DNA of 25,975 nt from an uncultured Cryomorphaceae bacterium (GCA_964490025.1 CAZBBV010000001.1:1-25975), one strand, 5' to 3'. Counted from the stretch's first letter, positions 8,369 to 17,633 are shown. Program-made: numbers and translations. The notes: generated from the letters alone by a model not told the origin.

Positions 8369-9955
8369 ATGTCTTCAAAATATTTGCGGCCCCTCTATTT
8401 TTCACTAGTCCTTGTGCTCGGCATTTACTTGGGAAGCAAGTTGTCGTTTTCGAGCTCAGGCTCAGGTATTTCTTTTTCGCCCAGCAGCATGGCCAAGTTC
8501 GAGCAACTGCTGCGCTACATCCAGCGCGACTATGTGGATGTGGTGAATACGGATAGTCTGCTGGACAACACCATTCAGGAAATGCTCAACAAGCTCGATC
8601 CGCATTCTACCTATATAAACCCCAAGGACATGCCCGCCATAACCGAGAATATGCAGGGCAATTTCGACGGAATTGGCGTGGAGTTCAGCATTCAAAACGA
8701 TACAGTAGTTGTCGTTTCGGCCATTTCGGGCGGACCAAGCGAAGCGCAGGGCATCCGCGCAGGCGATAGAATTGTTGCGGTAGAAGGTGAAAGTATTGCC
8801 GGAATTGGGCTGAAAAATGAGGAGGTAATACGCACCCTTCGAGGTGAAAGGGGAACCAAAGTTAAAGTGACCATTTTCCGTCCGCAGGAAAAGCGCACTT
8901 GGGATGTGACGATTACCCGTGGAAAAATTCCCATTTACAGCGTAGATGCTGTTTACATGATAAGAGAGGAAATCGGCTACATACGCGTCAACCGCTTTGC
9001 GGAAACTACCTACGAAGAATTTCAAAAAGCCCTGAAAGACTTGCTAAGCAAAGGCATGCAATCGCTGATTTTGGACTTGCGCGGAAATCCGGGCGGCTAC
9101 CTAACCATGGCCACCGATATGGCAAACGATTTTTTGAAAGACAAGCAATTGATCGTTTACACAGAAGGACGTAATCGCGATAAACAGCATTTCTATGCCA
9201 CTGAAAAAGGGCTTTTTGAAAACGGGAAGTTGGTCATTCTCATAGACGAAGGCTCCGCTTCGGCAAGCGAAATTGTGGCCGGCGCCATTCAAGACAACGA
9301 CCGCGGAACCATCATTGGAAGGCGATCTTTTGGGAAAGGGCTGGTGCAGGAGCAATGGATGCTTAAAGATGGTTCGGCCTTGCGACTGACTGTTGCGCGC
9401 TACTACACGCCCACCGGACGCTGCATACAGCGCACCTATGCCAATGGAACGGATGAATATTATAGTTATGGAAATGGCTATCACGACAGCATCATGCCCA
9501 TTGAAGAAGATTCGACTGAATATGTAACCCCCGGAGGTAAGATTGTGTACGGCGGTGGAGGCATCATGCCCGATATCGAAATTCCGTTTGAGCACGCGGG
9601 GAGATCGGATGCCTATTATGCATTGGTAACAAGTACTTTGATTCAGGACTTTTCCTTTCAATATGCCGACGAAAACCGTACCCGACTAATGGATGAGCTA
9701 GGCATGGAAAAGTGGCTGAGTAACGGTAAAAACCAAGACGATCTTTATTCCGATTTCAGCGCCCACTATCGGAAGGAAAAGAATGAATTGCTTTCACTCC
9801 CGGCCAACGAACGCAATAGGATTACCAACCGACTTGCGGCGCTTGTTGCCCGAAACATTTGGGGAAGTGTAGGCTATTTTACCGCCATGAACATGCACGA
9901 CGAGATGATAGATGCCGCTATAAACGAGCTGTTATCAGAGCAAGTTGCTGAGTGA
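8369..9955 (+). CDS. S41A carboxy-terminal processing protease with PDZ domain (CtpA/Prc-like)
   Basis: N-terminal membrane anchor, LDPHS, PDZ segment FDGIGVEF, DLRGNPGGYL, catalytic SASASEI and FGKG. Confidence 0.93.
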   Translation: MSSKYLRPLYFSLVLVLGIYLGSKLSFSSSGSGISFSPSSMAKFEQLLRYIQRDYVDVVNTDSLLDNTIQEMLNKLDPHSTYINPKDMPAITENMQGNFDGIGVEFSIQNDTVVVVSAISGGPSEAQGIRAGDRIVAVEGESIAGIGLKNEEVIRTLRGERGTKVKVTIFRPQEKRTWDVTITRGKIPIYSVDAVYMIREEIGYIRVNRFAETTYEEFQKALKDLLSKGMQSLILDLRGNPGGYLTMATDMANDFLKDKQLIVYTEGRNRDKQHFYATEKGLFENGKLVILIDEGSASASEIVAGAIQDNDRGTIIGRRSFGKGLVQEQWMLKDGSALRLTVARYYTPTGRCIQRTYANGTDEYYSYGNGYHDSIMPIEEDSTEYVTPGGKIVYGGGGIMPDIEIPFEHAGRSDAYYALVTSTLIQDFSFQYADENRTRLMDELGMEKWLSNGKNQDDLYSDFSAHYRKEKNELLSLPANERNRITNRLAALVARNIWGSVGYFTAMNMHDEMIDAAINELLSEQVAE

Positions 9956-11467
9956 CACTTTTTGCTCGATAATGCCGCGCAACGCCGAAACCGGTACGCG
10001 CTCCTGAGCCATAGTGTCGCGCTCGCGAATAGTCACTGTGCCGTCTTCCAACGATTGATGATCGATAGTGATACAATAAGGAGTGCCGATAGCATCTTGG
10101 CGGCGATAGCGTTTTCCAATAGCGTCTTTTTCGTCGTACTGGCACATGAAGTCTTTCTTCAAGTCGTCCATGATGCTGCGGGCCATTTCAGGGAGGCCAT
10201 CTTTTTTCATCAACGGCAACACAGCCACTTTGATAGGCGCTAAAGCCGGAGGGAGCATGAGCACCGTGCGCTCGCTTCCATCCTCCAGTTTCTCCACTCT
10301 ATAGGCATACGAAAGCGTAGCCAAAAACATTCGGTCAAGGCCTATGGAAGTTTCCACCACATATGGCACGTAGCTCTCGTTGAGCTCAGGATCGAAGTAC
10401 TGAAGTTTCTTGCCCGAAAACTGCTGGTGGCGACCCAAATCGTAGTCGGTACGTGAGTGAATGCCTTCCAGTTCGCGGAAGCCGAAAGGAAAATGAAACT
10501 CGATATCCGCAGCGGCGTTGGCATAATGGGCCAGTTTTTCGTGGTCGTGAAAACGGTAATTCTCGGCCCCCATGCCCATGGCGTGGTGCCACTTGATGCG
10601 TGCCTCCTTCCAGTATTCGTACCACTTCATTTCCTCACCCGGGCGAACGAAAAACTGCATTTCCATCTGCTCAAATTCGCGCATGCGGAATATGAACTGC
10701 CGGGCCACAATCTCATTTCTGAAGGCTTTACCTACCTGCGCTATTCCGAATGGGATTTTCATCCTCCCGGTTTTCTGCACATTTAAGAAATTGACAAAAA
10801 TTCCTTGAGCGGTTTCAGGGCGTAGATAAATGGTGCTGGCGCTTTCGGCCATGGAGCCAATTTCGGTGCTGAACATCAGGTTGAACTGGCGCACATCCGT
10901 CCAATTCTTTGATCCGCTAATGGGGCATGCAATCTCCAGCTCTTCTATTAATGCTTTGATGTCGGCCAGATTCTCGTTTTCCAGGCCTTTGGTCAAACGG
11001 TTGATAATTTCGCGCTGCTTGGTGCGATAACCCACCACGCGTTCGTTGGTTTGCTCGAACATGGCTTGGTCAAAGCTCTCGCCAAATCGTGAAGCGGCTT
11101 TTTCAATCTCTTTTTGCGCTTTTTGCTCCAGTTTCTCGGCGTATTCCTCAATCAACTGGTCGGCGCGATAGCGTTTCTTCGAATCTTTATTGTCAATAAG
11201 CGGATCGCTGAAGGCATCCACGTGACCTGAGGCTTTCCAAGTAGTAGGGTGCATAAAGATGGCGGCATCAATGCCCACAATGTTTTCGTGCATCTGCACC
11301 ATGCTCCGCCACCAGTATTCTCGTATGTTTTTCTTCAACTCTGAACCATACACACCGTAGTCATACACGGCACTAAGTCCATCATAGATTTCGCTGCTGG
11401 GGTACACAAATCCATACTCTTTGGCGTGGGCTACTAAGTCTTTTAGTTGGTCGGTTGGTGCGGACAT
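9935..11467 (-). CDS. glyQS: Glycine--tRNA ligase, homodimeric alpha2 type
   Basis: YDYGVYG, WKASGHV, YLRPETAQGIF, GKAFRNEI, FRMREFEQME, GIHSRTDYDL and anticodon-domain IGKRYRRQDAIGTP. Confidence 0.97.
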   Translation of the reverse strand: MSAPTDQLKDLVAHAKEYGFVYPSSEIYDGLSAVYDYGVYGSELKKNIREYWWRSMVQMHENIVGIDAAIFMHPTTWKASGHVDAFSDPLIDNKDSKKRYRADQLIEEYAEKLEQKAQKEIEKAASRFGESFDQAMFEQTNERVVGYRTKQREIINRLTKGLENENLADIKALIEELEIACPISGSKNWTDVRQFNLMFSTEIGSMAESASTIYLRPETAQGIFVNFLNVQKTGRMKIPFGIAQVGKAFRNEIVARQFIFRMREFEQMEMQFFVRPGEEMKWYEYWKEARIKWHHAMGMGAENYRFHDHEKLAHYANAAADIEFHFPFGFRELEGIHSRTDYDLGRHQQFSGKKLQYFDPELNESYVPYVVETSIGLDRMFLATLSYAYRVEKLEDGSERTVLMLPPALAPIKVAVLPLMKKDGLPEMARSIMDDLKKDFMCQYDEKDAIGKRYRRQDAIGTPYCITIDHQSLEDGTVTIRERDTMAQERVPVSALRGIIEQKVSLSNLL

Positions 11468-11487
11468 TTCTTGCGGTTTTTTACAAT

Positions 11488-11511
11488 AAAAAAGCGCCCC
11501 ATTTGGGGCGC
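11488..11511 (-). terminator. Terminator-like hairpin between the S8 gene and glyQS
   Basis: The minus strand reads GCGCCCC-AAAT-GGGGCGC-TTTTTT, a perfect 7-bp GC stem followed by U6. Confidence 0.75.
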
Positions 11512-11514
11512 CGT

Positions 11515-11522
11515 CAAAGGTA
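11515..11522 (-). promoter_or_regulatory. Candidate -7 promoter box for glyQS
   Basis: TACCTTTG is an exact match to the Bacteroidetes TAnnTTTG. A TTTG lies at 11546-11549 with a 23-nt spacer, slightly long. Confidence 0.6.
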
Positions 11523-11534
11523 AACTTTCGTTTT

Positions 11535-13187
11535 TTATTGCTTCACAAATTTGTGGGTCTCTTTTTTCGCTCCCACTACCTCTATCAGGTACATACCCGC
11601 AGGCAGGTTGCTGATGTCGATTAACTGTGCTTTCTCGCCGGAAAGCACTTGTCCACGGGCCACAGCAGTTCCCAACACATTGTAAATAGTATAGGAACGA
11701 AAGCTGCTATTCTGAGTTCCGGCCAGTGTTAGTGTGCTCGAAGCCGGATTTGGATAAATACTAAGTTCTGCTTGCTCAGCATCCTCCAGTCCGAATACTG
11801 TGCAATAAGCTGTCAATTCATTGAGCATACCCATAAGATTGAGCACACCCCCGGTAACGGTAATTCCGGAAAGAGAGGTGTTTGGCGAAACGCCATTGAG
11901 CACGAAATCTCTCATGGCACGAGCTGCACTGTCGGGCTGGCTGCGCACAATCTCCATGAAGTTGGGACATGCCGCAGCATAAGCCAAAGCAATGGCTCCG
12001 GTAACATGGGGTGTAGCTCCTGATGTGCCACCAAATCCTCCATAGTTGTTTTTGGTCAAGGTGTATGTGCTTTCGCCAAATGCGCCCAGATCAATGGTCG
12101 TGAGGCCATACCCTGCCTGATTCACTTTGTTGTTGAAGCGATTCATGTTGGTAACAGAAATAAGGTATTCACTTGGACAGGCAGTAGGTAGGTCGCCCAC
12201 CACATCCACGTCTTGATTGCCATTGATGGTGGCTCCGCAGCTCAACACACCATATACACCCAGGGTGTCATACATAGCACACCAAAGCGGTGCTGCGGAA
12301 GGCTGACCGAAGTCAATGCCCCAGCTCGCATTAGTGGAAACGATAAAAGCCCCTTTTTCTCCATTGGTTTCGTTGTACTGCTTTCTGCTTGCAAGTACAT
12401 AACCGTAGGCCGTCAGGGCATCCGCCTGATCTCCTCCACCCACTATGATCATCAATTTCACATTCCAATTTACACCGGCAACGCCTACCCCATTGTCTCC
12501 TTTTGCGCCTACAATTCCGGCCACCGGAGTTCCATGACCTCCACCCCATGAGCCGCCTGTTATATTGTCGTTCATTGGGGTGCTATAGGTATTCCATCCC
12601 TGCACGTCATCCACATAACCGTTCAGATCGTCGTCTATTCCGTTTCCGGCAATTTCGTGTCTGTTGCTCCATAGGTTGGCACTAATGTCCGGATGATTGG
12701 GATTGATTCCATCATCAATAATGGCCACCACAATAGTATCGCCGTCTACGGTAAGTCCTCCGGTAGTGATGTTCCAGGCCAGATCGGCGTCAATGTCGGC
12801 GCCCGGTGTACCACCGTTTTGGCCGGTGTTGTCGTACTGCCATTGGCTGCTGTACAGCGGGTCGTTCGGATTGGCTCTGTAACTTATGGTATAATTGAAC
12901 TGCGCATTGATCACGTCTTCCGAACGAAGCACCATCCGCAGCATCATTTCGGCTTCTATTTGGCTTTCGTCGAAGTGCAACTGCCACATATTGGTCACTG
13001 CGCTTATGGAGCGAGTAACGGTGATGTCCGTATTCTTTCCATCAACGATCTCAAAATCGTTAGAGAAGGATTCGGCATCAACTCCGGGCCGTAGCTGAAC
13101 GAGCAAGTCGCCCACAACACGCTGCTGGCCATAGCTGAAAGAGGCTAGTATGGTGCCTAGCAAAATTGTGTAAAGGGATTTTTTCAT
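11535..13187 (-). CDS. S8 subtilisin-like serine peptidase with propeptide and T9SS C-terminal sorting domain
   Basis: Triad IIDDG / GHGTPVAG / GTSGATPHV. C-terminal IYPNP...GMYLIEV...KFVKQ. Signal peptide starts at ATG 13187; the ORF-track TTG at 13214 falls inside the -7 box. Confidence 0.93.
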   Translation of the reverse strand: MKKSLYTILLGTILASFSYGQQRVVGDLLVQLRPGVDAESFSNDFEIVDGKNTDITVTRSISAVTNMWQLHFDESQIEAEMMLRMVLRSEDVINAQFNYTISYRANPNDPLYSSQWQYDNTGQNGGTPGADIDADLAWNITTGGLTVDGDTIVVAIIDDGINPNHPDISANLWSNRHEIAGNGIDDDLNGYVDDVQGWNTYSTPMNDNITGGSWGGGHGTPVAGIVGAKGDNGVGVAGVNWNVKLMIIVGGGDQADALTAYGYVLASRKQYNETNGEKGAFIVSTNASWGIDFGQPSAAPLWCAMYDTLGVYGVLSCGATINGNQDVDVVGDLPTACPSEYLISVTNMNRFNNKVNQAGYGLTTIDLGAFGESTYTLTKNNYGGFGGTSGATPHVTGAIALAYAAACPNFMEIVRSQPDSAARAMRDFVLNGVSPNTSLSGITVTGGVLNLMGMLNELTAYCTVFGLEDAEQAELSIYPNPASSTLTLAGTQNSSFRSYTIYNVLGTAVARGQVLSGEKAQLIDISNLPAGMYLIEVVGAKKETHKFVKQ

Positions 13188-13211
13188 GGAATTTTGATAT
13201 AAATAAGGACT

Positions 13212-13219
13212 CAAATGTA
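13212..13219 (-). promoter_or_regulatory. Candidate -7 box for the S8 gene
   Basis: TACATTTG is an exact TAnnTTTG match, 24 nt upstream of the ATG. No clear -33 element. Confidence 0.6.
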
Positions 13220-13272
13220 CTGATTCGCGAATTCAAATACGCGATTGTTCGCGGAGGTGTTGGCCAAGACGC

Positions 13273-13280
13273 TAAATTTG
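13273..13280 (+). promoter_or_regulatory. Candidate -7 box for DUF3109
   Basis: TAAATTTG is an exact match ending 4 nt before the GTG. TTCG at 13248-13251 (21-nt spacer) is a possible -33 element. Confidence 0.6.
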
Positions 13281-13284
13281 CTCG

Positions 13285-13869
13285 GTGATTATAGTACAAG
13301 ACATCCTGGTTTCAGACGACTTGCTTAAGGAACATTTTGTGTGCGACTTGAGCGCGTGCAAGGGCGCTTGCTGTGTGGAAGGCGACGCCGGAGCTCCGCT
13401 CACGGAAGAGGAAACCAAAATCCTTGAGCAAATTTTTGAGCTAGTAAAACCTTTCCTCCGTCCCGAAGGAGTAGCCGCTATTGAAGCACAAGGCACCCAT
13501 ATTTTGGATTGGGACAATGAAGCGGTAACCCCCCTTCGAGATGGTAAAGAATGCGCCTACACCATTTTTGAAAACGGCGTGGCCGCCTGTGGTATCGAAA
13601 GAGCCTATCAGGCTGGAGCGGTTTCGTTTCGAAAACCATTGAGCTGCCATCTATACCCCGTTCGATTGCGGAAAGGAAGAAGCTTTGTGGCCGCCAACTA
13701 CGACCAGTGGCAGATATGCAAGGCTGCCTGTTCATTGGGTGAACAGCTCAAAGTTCCGGTATTTCGGTTTGTAAAAGATGCCTTGATTCGCAGTTTTGGA
13801 CAGGCATGGTACACCGAACTCGAAACTGTGTATGAGGAGATGAAAAAGCAGGGGATTATTGTCTCGTAG
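13285..13869 (+). CDS. DUF3109-like cysteine-rich protein (putative Fe-S or Zn binding)
   Basis: CDLSACKGACCVEGD.GAPL, ECAY, ACGIE, KPLSCHLYP and ICKAAC give 9 Cys. Family recognised from memory. Confidence 0.85.
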   Translation: MIIVQDILVSDDLLKEHFVCDLSACKGACCVEGDAGAPLTEEETKILEQIFELVKPFLRPEGVAAIEAQGTHILDWDNEAVTPLRDGKECAYTIFENGVAACGIERAYQAGAVSFRKPLSCHLYPVRLRKGRSFVAANYDQWQICKAACSLGEQLKVPVFRFVKDALIRSFGQAWYTELETVYEEMKKQGIIVS

Positions 13870-14005
13870 TTATCAACGATTGACGTGGATAAATTTTAAT
13901 TTTTTTCGTCCTATCATCTTGCAAAATTCGCTCATCAACGATTTCAACAGTTCCACGAATTCGACTTTTTAGTCGCTGTTGAAAACTACCAAGTAATGTG
14001 AATAA
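13870..14005. promoter_or_regulatory. Cluster of DnaA-box-like 9-mers upstream of nrdB
   Basis: TTATTCACA (13997-14005, minus) is an exact TTWTNCACA match. TTATCCACG (13884-13892, minus) and TTTTCAACA (13977-13985, minus) have one mismatch. TTATCAACG (13870-13878), TCATCAACG (13932-13940) and ATTTCAACA (13941-13949) are weaker. Confidence 0.55.
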
Positions 14006-14052
14006 TTGAAGGTTGACTTACAGTTTCAGAATAAAAATATTTGTTCTGCAGC

Positions 14053-14083
14053 TTGGGTAACCCTCCTCTAACATTTGGGTAAC
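14053..14083 (+). repeat. Perfect 9-bp direct repeat TTGGGTAAC with 22-bp period
   Basis: Copies at 14053-14061 and 14075-14083. Confidence 0.7.
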
Positions 14084-14161
14084 AACACCCACATGCGCCC
14101 TGAAAGAGCCTTGTAACAAGCTGTTTTACTGTGTTTTATACGAATTTCTAAAGGCTTGAAA

Positions 14162-15133
14162 ATGACGACAGAACCCATTTTAAGAGAGAATAAAGACCGC
14201 TTCGTGCTGTTCCCCATTCAGCATACAGACATCTGGGAATGGTACAAGAAACAACAAGCGTGTTTTTGGACTGCCGAGGAGATCGACCTTCACCAAGATG
14301 TTCAGGATTGGAGCTCTAAACTTAGTGCCGACGAGCAATATTTCATTAAACACATTCTGGCTTTTTTTGCCGCCAGCGACGGTATCGTGAACGAAAATTT
14401 GGCTGAAAATTTCGTGAATGAAGTCCAATACACAGAAGCCAAGTTCTTCTACGGCTTTCAGATCATGATGGAGAATATCCATTCCGAAACCTATTCGCTT
14501 CTTATCGATTCATTGATAAAAGATGCTGAAGAGCGCGACCGCCTGTTTCATGCCATTGAAAACTTTCCGGCCATCAAGAAAAAAGCCGACTGGGCACTGC
14601 GTTGGATCAACTCTGATTCCTTCGCCGAACGCCTTGTTGCCTTTGCTGCAGTAGAGGGAATCTTCTTTTCCGGAAGCTTTTGCTCCATCTTTTGGCTGAA
14701 AAAGCGCGGATTGATGCCGGGTCTGACCTTCTCGAATGAGCTGATTAGCCGCGACGAAGGCATGCATTGCGACTTTGCCTGCCACCTGCACAACAAGCAT
14801 TTGGTAAACAAAGTGCCTGAAGTTCGCATCAAGGAAATCATTTTGGATGCCTTGAATATTGAACGTGAGTTCATCACCGAAAGCCTTCCCGCTGACCTGA
14901 TAGGCATGAATAGCCGACTGATGACTCAATACCTGGAGTTTGTAACGGACAGGCTGTTGGTGGAGCTTGGCTGCAGCCGCGAGTTCAATGTGAACAATCC
15001 TTTCGACTTTATGGAAATGATCAGCCTGCAAGGCAAAACCAATTTCTTCGAAAAACGCGTATCGGAATACCAACAGGCCGGTGTGATGAACGCGAAAGAA
15101 GACAACGCATTCAGTATTTCAGAAGATTTTTAA
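14162..15133 (+). CDS. nrdB: Class Ia ribonucleotide reductase beta subunit, eukaryote-like
   Basis: [21 protein letters not shown] (radical Tyr), [18 protein letters not shown] and [15 protein letters not shown] 14162 preferred over TTG 14156. Confidence 0.96.
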   Translation: MTTEPILRENKDRFVLFPIQHTDIWEWYKKQQACFWTAEEIDLHQDVQDWSSKLSADEQYFIKHILAFFAASDGIVNENLAENFVNEVQYTEAKFFYGFQIMMENIHSETYSLLIDSLIKDAEERDRLFHAIENFPAIKKKADWALRWINSDSFAERLVAFAAVEGIFFSGSFCSIFWLKKRGLMPGLTFSNELISRDEGMHCDFACHLHNKHLVNKVPEVRIKEIILDALNIEREFITESLPADLIGMNSRLMTQYLEFVTDRLLVELGCSREFNVNNPFDFMEMISLQGKTNFFEKRVSEYQQAGVMNAKEDNAFSISEDF

Positions 15134-15194
15134 TTCCGCCCAACCCGGAACGACACCCAATAAATTCTATTAAACGATTTAACCCAAAGAGACT

Positions 15195-17633
15195 ATGTAC
15201 GTAATAAAAAGAGATGGCCGCAAAGAGGAAGTAAAGTTTGACAAAGTAACCGCCCGCATCCAGAAACTGTGCTATGGATTGAACCCCATGGTGGAGCCGG
15301 TGGCCGTTGCCATGCGCGTAATCGAAGGCATTTACGACGGGGTTACCACCCGCGAGCTTGATAGCCTTGCCGCTGAGGTGGCTGCTTCGCTTACCACGCG
15401 CCATCCCGATTTTGCCCAATTGGCTGCGCGGATAGCCATTTCCAACCTTCACAAGGAAACCAAGAAATCGTTCAGCGAGACCATGAGCGACTTGTACAAC
15501 TATATCAACCCTAAGAATGGCAAGAAATCGCCATTGCTGGCTGATGATGTGTACGAGATAATCATGCAAAACAGTGCGCGTATCGACTCTACCTTGATCT
15601 ACGATCGTGACTACAGCTACGACTTTTTCGGATTCAAAACGCTGGAGCGCAGCTACCTGCTTCGCATCAACGGCCGAATTGCCGAGCGCCCACAGCACAT
15701 GCTCATGCGTGTGGCCATTGGCATTCACAAAGAAGATATTGATGCCGCTATTGAGACCTATGAGTTGATGAGTAAAAAATACTTTACGCACGCTACTCCT
15801 ACGCTTTTCAACGCCGGGACGCCTAAAGCGCAAATGTCCTCATGCTTCTTGCTCACCATGAAAAACGATAGCATTGACGGCATATACGACACCCTGAAAC
15901 AATGCGCCAAAATCTCGCAAAGCGCAGGAGGAATAGGCCTTTCTATTCACAACATCCGCGCTACAGGATCTTACATTCGCGGCACAAATGGCACCTCAAA
16001 CGGCATTGTGCCCATGCTTCGCGTGTTTAATGACACCGCCCGCTATGTGGACCAAGGTGGCGGAAAGCGCAAAGGATCGTTTGCCATCTACATGGAGCCT
16101 TGGCATGCCGATATCTTTGATTTTCTTGACCTGAAAAAGAACCATGGAAAAGAAGAAATGCGCGCCCGCGACCTTTTTTATGCCATGTGGATTCCGGACC
16201 TCTTTATGGAGCGTGTGGAAAAAGACGCCAACTGGACGCTGATGTGCCCCAACGAATGTCCGGGACTGTCTGACAGCTACGGCGAGGAGTTCAACAAACT
16301 ATACACCCAATACGAGGCCGAGAAAAAGGGAAGACGCGTGGTGCGTGCTCGCGAAATTTGGGAGGGCATCATTGAAGCGCAAATAGAAACCGGAACGCCT
16401 TACATGCTGTATAAAGACAGCGCTAACGGCAAGTCGAACCAGAAGAACTTGGGAACGATTAAGTCCTCAAACCTGTGTACCGAAATCATTGAATACACGG
16501 CTGCCGACGAAGTGGCGGTGTGCAACCTGGCCTCTATCGCTTTGAGCATGTTTGTGAAAGACGATTTGACTTTCGACCACGACAAGCTGTTCGAAATAAC
16601 CTATATCGCCACCAAAAACCTCAACAAGGTAATTGATCGGAACTACTATCCGGTGCCAGAGGCGCGCAACTCGAATATGCGCCACCGCCCTATCGGGCTT
16701 GGAGTGCAAGGCTTGGCCGATACCTTTATCATGATGCGCTATCCTTTCACATCAGACGAGGCCAAGAAACTAAACAAAGACATCTTTGAAACCATTTACT
16801 ACGCAGCACTTACAGCAAGTAAGGACTTGGCCAAAGTGGATGGACCATACGAGACCTATGCAGGCTCACCCATTTCTCAAGGCATTTTCCAGTGGGACAT
16901 GTGGAACTTGGGAGAAAGTGACCTGAGTGGTCGCTGGGACTGGAGCACTTTACGCAAAGAAGTAGTGGAACACGGCGTGCGTAACTCTTTACTTGTTGCA
17001 CCCATGCCTACCGCCTCTACCTCGCAGATTTTGGGCAACAACGAATGCTTTGAGCCGTACACTTCAAATATCTATACACGTAGGGTTCTTTCTGGCGAAT
17101 TTGTAGTGGTAAATAAACACCTGCTCTTAGACCTTGTGGCGCTGGGCTTGTGGAATGACGACTTGAAAACCGAAATCATCAAGCACAACGGTAGCGTTCA
17201 AAACATTGACATCATTCCTGAGAACATAAAGGAATTGTACAAAACCGTTTGGGAGATGAAAATGCGCGACATCATTGACATGGCTGCCGATCGCGGCGCT
17301 TTCATTGACCAGTCGCAGAGCATGAACCTCTTTATGGAAAATGCCAACATGGGCAAAGTGACCGGTATGCACTTCTACGCATGGAAAAAGGGATTGAAAA
17401 CAGGCATGTACTACCTGCGCACCAAAGCCGCGGCTGACGCCATCAAGTTTACGGTTCAGAAACAAGCCAAGGCAGAAGTGATTCCGGTGCTGAACAGTGA
17501 TCAAACAAAAAATTTGCAAGAAGACAGACAAAACAAGCTACAGGAAGCGGCTATGAAGAAGGAGTATACAAATGAAGAAGCTTTGGCCTGCAGCCTGGAC
17601 AATCCGGATGCTTGCGAAGCTTGTGGAAGTTAA
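15195..17633 (+). CDS. nrdA: Class Ia ribonucleotide reductase alpha subunit with N-terminal ATP cone
   Basis: ATP cone MYVIKRDGR...[55 protein letters not shown] and C-terminal CEACGS. Confidence 0.97.
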   Translation: MYVIKRDGRKEEVKFDKVTARIQKLCYGLNPMVEPVAVAMRVIEGIYDGVTTRELDSLAAEVAASLTTRHPDFAQLAARIAISNLHKETKKSFSETMSDLYNYINPKNGKKSPLLADDVYEIIMQNSARIDSTLIYDRDYSYDFFGFKTLERSYLLRINGRIAERPQHMLMRVAIGIHKEDIDAAIETYELMSKKYFTHATPTLFNAGTPKAQMSSCFLLTMKNDSIDGIYDTLKQCAKISQSAGGIGLSIHNIRATGSYIRGTNGTSNGIVPMLRVFNDTARYVDQGGGKRKGSFAIYMEPWHADIFDFLDLKKNHGKEEMRARDLFYAMWIPDLFMERVEKDANWTLMCPNECPGLSDSYGEEFNKLYTQYEAEKKGRRVVRAREIWEGIIEAQIETGTPYMLYKDSANGKSNQKNLGTIKSSNLCTEIIEYTAADEVAVCNLASIALSMFVKDDLTFDHDKLFEITYIATKNLNKVIDRNYYPVPEARNSNMRHRPIGLGVQGLADTFIMMRYPFTSDEAKKLNKDIFETIYYAALTASKDLAKVDGPYETYAGSPISQGIFQWDMWNLGESDLSGRWDWSTLRKEVVEHGVRNSLLVAPMPTASTSQILGNNECFEPYTSNIYTRRVLSGEFVVVNKHLLLDLVALGLWNDDLKTEIIKHNGSVQNIDIIPENIKELYKTVWEMKMRDIIDMAADRGAFIDQSQSMNLFMENANMGKVTGMHFYAWKKGLKTGMYYLRTKAAADAIKFTVQKQAKAEVIPVLNSDQTKNLQEDRQNKLQEAAMKKEYTNEEALACSLDNPDACEACGS

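Noticed and set aside
13870-14161. NrdR box or a known riboswitch upstream of nrdB
   Set aside because: I found no acaCwAtATaTwGtg-like palindrome and no recognisable cobalamin, glycine, purine or SAM aptamer core. An Rfam scan would be the definitive test.
15134-15150. Small hairpin TTCCG-N7-CGGAA between nrdB and nrdA
   Set aside because: A 5-bp stem with no U-tract is too weak to call a terminator.
15111-15833. 240-aa antisense ORF over nrdA, plus similar shadow ORFs at 8462-9025, 9101-9661, 14510-15073, 20322-20882 and 22598-23050
   Set aside because: They lie on top of well-supported genes and have no recognisable motifs. Such ORFs are expected from codon bias at about 50% GC.
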